Made by a program: the position numbers and the translations under genes
Shown: one piece after another, positions 7,682 to 10,328 of the stretch
How the letters are laid out: each line of letters starts with the position of its first letter
Numbering within the stretch: the stretch's first letter is position 1
NCBI GenBank assembly: GCA_008080735.1
Contig: SHMW01000110.1
Location: 1 to 10,328 of the forward strand
Reading direction: 5' to 3'
Length of the DNA: 10,328 bases
From: Promethearchaeota archaeon
GTDB lineage: Archaea > Asgardarchaeota > Lokiarchaeia > Sigyniarchaeales > SOKP01
The notes under the pieces: generated by a model
Seen by the model: the letters and a program-made list of their open reading frames with translations, nothing else
Databases searched by the model: none
What the model was told of the DNA's origin: nothing

Positions 7682-9664
7682 CTAGCTTTCTTCGTCCCAA
7701 TCTACATCTACTACGTTCTTTTTCTCCTCATCATCGGCTTTATATGACGCACCTCCAGCACCAGTAGCGCCTCCTCCGGGCTGACCTCCCATACCTCCAG
7801 GGGGAGTACCTCCTTGCGCTGCCCTTTGAGCCTGTTCTGCTGCTTGCTGATATGCTTGCTGCTGTCCTTGTTGAGAATAAACTCTTTGAGAAAATCCATG
7901 CATGGCTTTCTGTAAGTTTTCAATTCCTTGTTTTATTCTCTGAACATCATCCGTTTCCATATCTTCCTCTAATGATTTAATAGCTGCTTCAATTTCTTGT
8001 TTCTCATTTTCTTGGATTTTGTCCTTGTTATCTTCCATTAGCTTTTTAGTCTGATAAATCATCGATTCTGCATTATTTCGTGCTTGAATCAATTCTTTTT
8101 TCTTCTGATCCTCTTCTTCATATCTCTCTGCTTCACTAATTTTCTTTTTAATTTCATCCTCTGATAAACCTTTTGCACCAGAAACAGTGATACCAGTCTC
8201 CTTTCCAGTCCCCAAATCTTTAGCAGTGACGTGAACAATTCCATCAGCGTCAATTGAAAACTTGACTTCGATCTGTGGAACTCCACGTGGAGCAGGAGGT
8301 ATACCTGTAAGATGAAACTCTCCCAAAGAAATATTATCCTTCGCCATCGCTCTTTCTCCTTGTAAGACATTAATGGTTACGGCAGGTTGATTATCAGCTG
8401 CGGTGCTGAAGATTTGTTTCTTTTCAGTAGGAATAGTGGTATTCCTTTCGATTAATTTAGTAAAAACTCCACCCAGAGTTTCTACTCCTAAGGAAAGAGG
8501 AGTAACATCTAATAATAATAAATCTTCAACTTCTCCCGCGATAACTCCTGCTTGAATCGCAGCTCCGATTGCGACACATTCCATCGGATCAACTGAATGC
8601 TCGGGTTCTTTATTAAAGAATTTTTTAAATCGATCTTGTACACATGGCATCCGTGTTGGTCCACCAACAAGAATAATCTTATCAACACCATCTTTTGATA
8701 ATTTACTATCTTCTAATGAACGTCTCATGATAGGATCCAATCGTTTCAAGACGGGTTCGACTAATTGTTCAAGTTTTGCCCTTGATAATTCCATCTCTAA
8801 ATGCATAGGATTCCCATCTTTTTGACTGATGTAGGGAAGATTAATATTCGTGGATAAAGTTGTGGATAATTCTATTTTTGCTTTTTCAGCGGCATCTTTT
8901 ACACGAATCATTGCCTTTTTGTCATTTCGGAGATTAATACCATGTTTGTTTTCAAACTCTTCAGCAATCCAATCGGTAATTTTATCGTCCATATCTCTTC
9001 CGCCTAACTGAGTATCACCTGCTGTTGATAATACTTCTACAACACCTTCTCCATACTCCATTATGGTTACATCGAACGTACCCCCACCAAGGTCCAAAAC
9101 GCAAATCTTTAGTAATTCGTCAGAAACTCGGTCCAGACCGTATGCGAGACATGCTGCTGTTGGTTCGTTAATCATTCGTACGACTTCGAGTCCTGCAATT
9201 TCACCGGCATTTTTAGTAGCTGTTCTTTGTGCATCGTTAAAATAGGCTGGAACGGTAATCACTGCTTTTTCAACTTCTTCACCTAAATAATCAGATGCGT
9301 CGTTTTTAATTTTTCTAAGAATCATCGCTGAGATCTCTTCTGGAGTGAATTCTTTCTCTTCCCCTCCTACCATCACTTTTGCTTTATAAGATGTACCCAT
9401 TTTCCGTTTTATACCCGTGATGGTGCCATCTGGATTAGAAAGTGCTTGCCGACGGGCCGGCTCTCCGACGATCTTACGCCCATTCTCATCGAAAGCAACA
9501 TAGGATGGGAACGCTTTTCCTCCTAGTGTTCTTCCTTCTGCGGCGGGGACGATCTCAGGTTTACCAACGGCGTTCAATACTGCGCATGCACTATTTGAAG
9601 TACCAAGGTCGATTCCTACGATACGTTCTTTTTTAGTCCTTTTTTTCTTTTCTCCTTCACTCAT
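7682..9664 (-). CDS. dnaK: Chaperone DnaK (Hsp70)
   Basis: [45 protein letters not shown], linker [13 protein letters not shown] and [14 protein letters not shown]. Confidence 0.99.
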   Translation of the reverse strand: MSEGEKKKRTKKERIVGIDLGTSNSACAVLNAVGKPEIVPAAEGRTLGGKAFPSYVAFDENGRKIVGEPARRQALSNPDGTITGIKRKMGTSYKAKVMVGGEEKEFTPEEISAMILRKIKNDASDYLGEEVEKAVITVPAYFNDAQRTATKNAGEIAGLEVVRMINEPTAACLAYGLDRVSDELLKICVLDLGGGTFDVTIMEYGEGVVEVLSTAGDTQLGGRDMDDKITDWIAEEFENKHGINLRNDKKAMIRVKDAAEKAKIELSTTLSTNINLPYISQKDGNPMHLEMELSRAKLEQLVEPVLKRLDPIMRRSLEDSKLSKDGVDKIILVGGPTRMPCVQDRFKKFFNKEPEHSVDPMECVAIGAAIQAGVIAGEVEDLLLLDVTPLSLGVETLGGVFTKLIERNTTIPTEKKQIFSTAADNQPAVTINVLQGERAMAKDNISLGEFHLTGIPPAPRGVPQIEVKFSIDADGIVHVTAKDLGTGKETGITVSGAKGLSEDEIKKKISEAERYEEEDQKKKELIQARNNAESMIYQTKKLMEDNKDKIQENEKQEIEAAIKSLEEDMETDDVQRIKQGIENLQKAMHGFSQRVYSQQGQQQAYQQAAEQAQRAAQGGTPPGGMGGQPGGGATGAGGASYKADDEEKKNVVDVDWDEES

Positions 9665-9738
9665 ATTCGATTACACTTTTCTACGTGTTATGCAATTATT
9701 ATGATATTTTAGAATTAATTGAATTATTTAATTTGCTT

Positions 9739-9760
9739 CTATAAAGTATAAAGTTTGAAG
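9739..9760 (-). promoter_or_regulatory. Candidate BRE/TATA region of the dnaK promoter
   Basis: Minus strand CTTCAAACTTTATACTTTATAG contains a doubled ACTTTATA, about 75-95 bp upstream of the ATG. Confidence 0.35.
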
Positions 9761-9804
9761 AATTAAAAATTTTACTTAATAAATGATCTCTATATCATAT
9801 GTCA

Positions 9805-10092
9805 TTATTTTGAGAATAGGGTATTAAAAGTACGAAAAGAAGTATTCCTTTTAATATAGAGATCTAATTCCCCTATAAACCAGCATAAAATATCGTATGG
9901 GGGATGCTCCTTATATATATAATAAGCTCTATCTCGAATATCGTCTTTTTTGGCTGACGTGAAATTCCTCTCAACATATAACTGCCGTTCTGCTAAAAAC
10001 CAACATAGATTTTCATAGGAATGCTCTTGATTCCATATATAATACGCTGCTATACTGATTTCCTCATTGTAGATATTATGATCGATATTCAT
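9805..10092 (-). CDS. Small protein with two tandem DUF2934-like repeats
   Basis: EEISIAAYYIWNQEHSYENLCWFLAERQL and DDIRDRAYYIYKEHPPYDILCWFIGELDL align without gaps. Both resemble the DUF2934 pattern I..RAY.IW...W..AE..L. Confidence 0.8.
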   Translation of the reverse strand: MNIDHNIYNEEISIAAYYIWNQEHSYENLCWFLAERQLYVERNFTSAKKDDIRDRAYYIYKEHPPYDILCWFIGELDLYIKRNTSFRTFNTLFSK

Positions 10093-10264
10093 TAATCAAT
10101 TCTAAATTATCAATGGATATTTTAGTATTTTTATTTTTCCCAAAATTTTTACTAATGATATTTCGTTTGGGTTAATCCAAATTAAAAATAAATATCTCCT
10201 AGATTATCAGTTGTCAAAATTAGCTATTAATTTTTAATAAAATAAAAAATAGGAAAATATTTAT

Positions 10265-10328
10265 TTATGCTACGTTCCAAACCATAGCACATTCTCCAAC
10301 TCCGCCTTTTTGAACGCCTTCGAATCGC
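10265..10328 (-). CDS. Probable 3' end of an upstream gene cut by the window edge
   Basis: Minus-strand frame reads RFEGVQKGGVGECAMVWNVA-TAA. GC rises here, and T-rich sequence follows the stop on the minus strand. It does not resemble the GrpE C-terminus. Confidence 0.5.
   Translation of the reverse strand, partial: RFEGVQKGGVGECAMVWNVA

Noticed and set aside
7711-9636. ORFs 7711-7923, 8089-8370, 8509-8691, 9063-9245 and 9442-9636
   Set aside because: Short alternate-frame or antisense shadows within dnaK with no independent coding evidence.
9665-9804. CIRCE/HrcA operator upstream of dnaK
   Set aside because: No match to TTAGCACTC-N9-GAGTGCTAA by eye, and no hrcA in the window.
10265-10328. 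Edge gene as grpE
   Set aside because: The visible C-terminus lacks the GY...R.LRPA.V.V motif typical of GrpE.

Overview
AT-rich prokaryotic chromosomal window that looks archaeal. The DnaK carries the short monoderm/archaeal N-domain and an '[17 protein letters not shown]' insert, and TATA-like boxes and oligo-T terminators flank several genes. An Asgard (Lokiarchaeia-like) origin is my inference from family recall and is not verified. The right half holds dnaK and dnaJ on the minus strand, separated by 356 bp, with no grpE or hrcA in the window. A tandem DUF2934-like small protein occupies the slot upstream of dnaK. The middle holds an aldo/keto reductase, a THEP1-type NTPase and a lysophospholipase-like hydrolase. 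The left half looks accessory and partly decayed. It has a higher-GC block (1-720) encoding a protein with a PIP-box-like tail and a zinc-finger protein, abutting a half-length MFS gene. It also has a stand-alone 7-TM protein, a Cys-rich DUF6485-like protein, a pseudogene with a frameshift and an internal stop, and a 39-aa rubredoxin-like gene missed by the ORF track. I found no CRISPR array, RNA gene or transposase, and I cannot support a complete novel system, only several leads.
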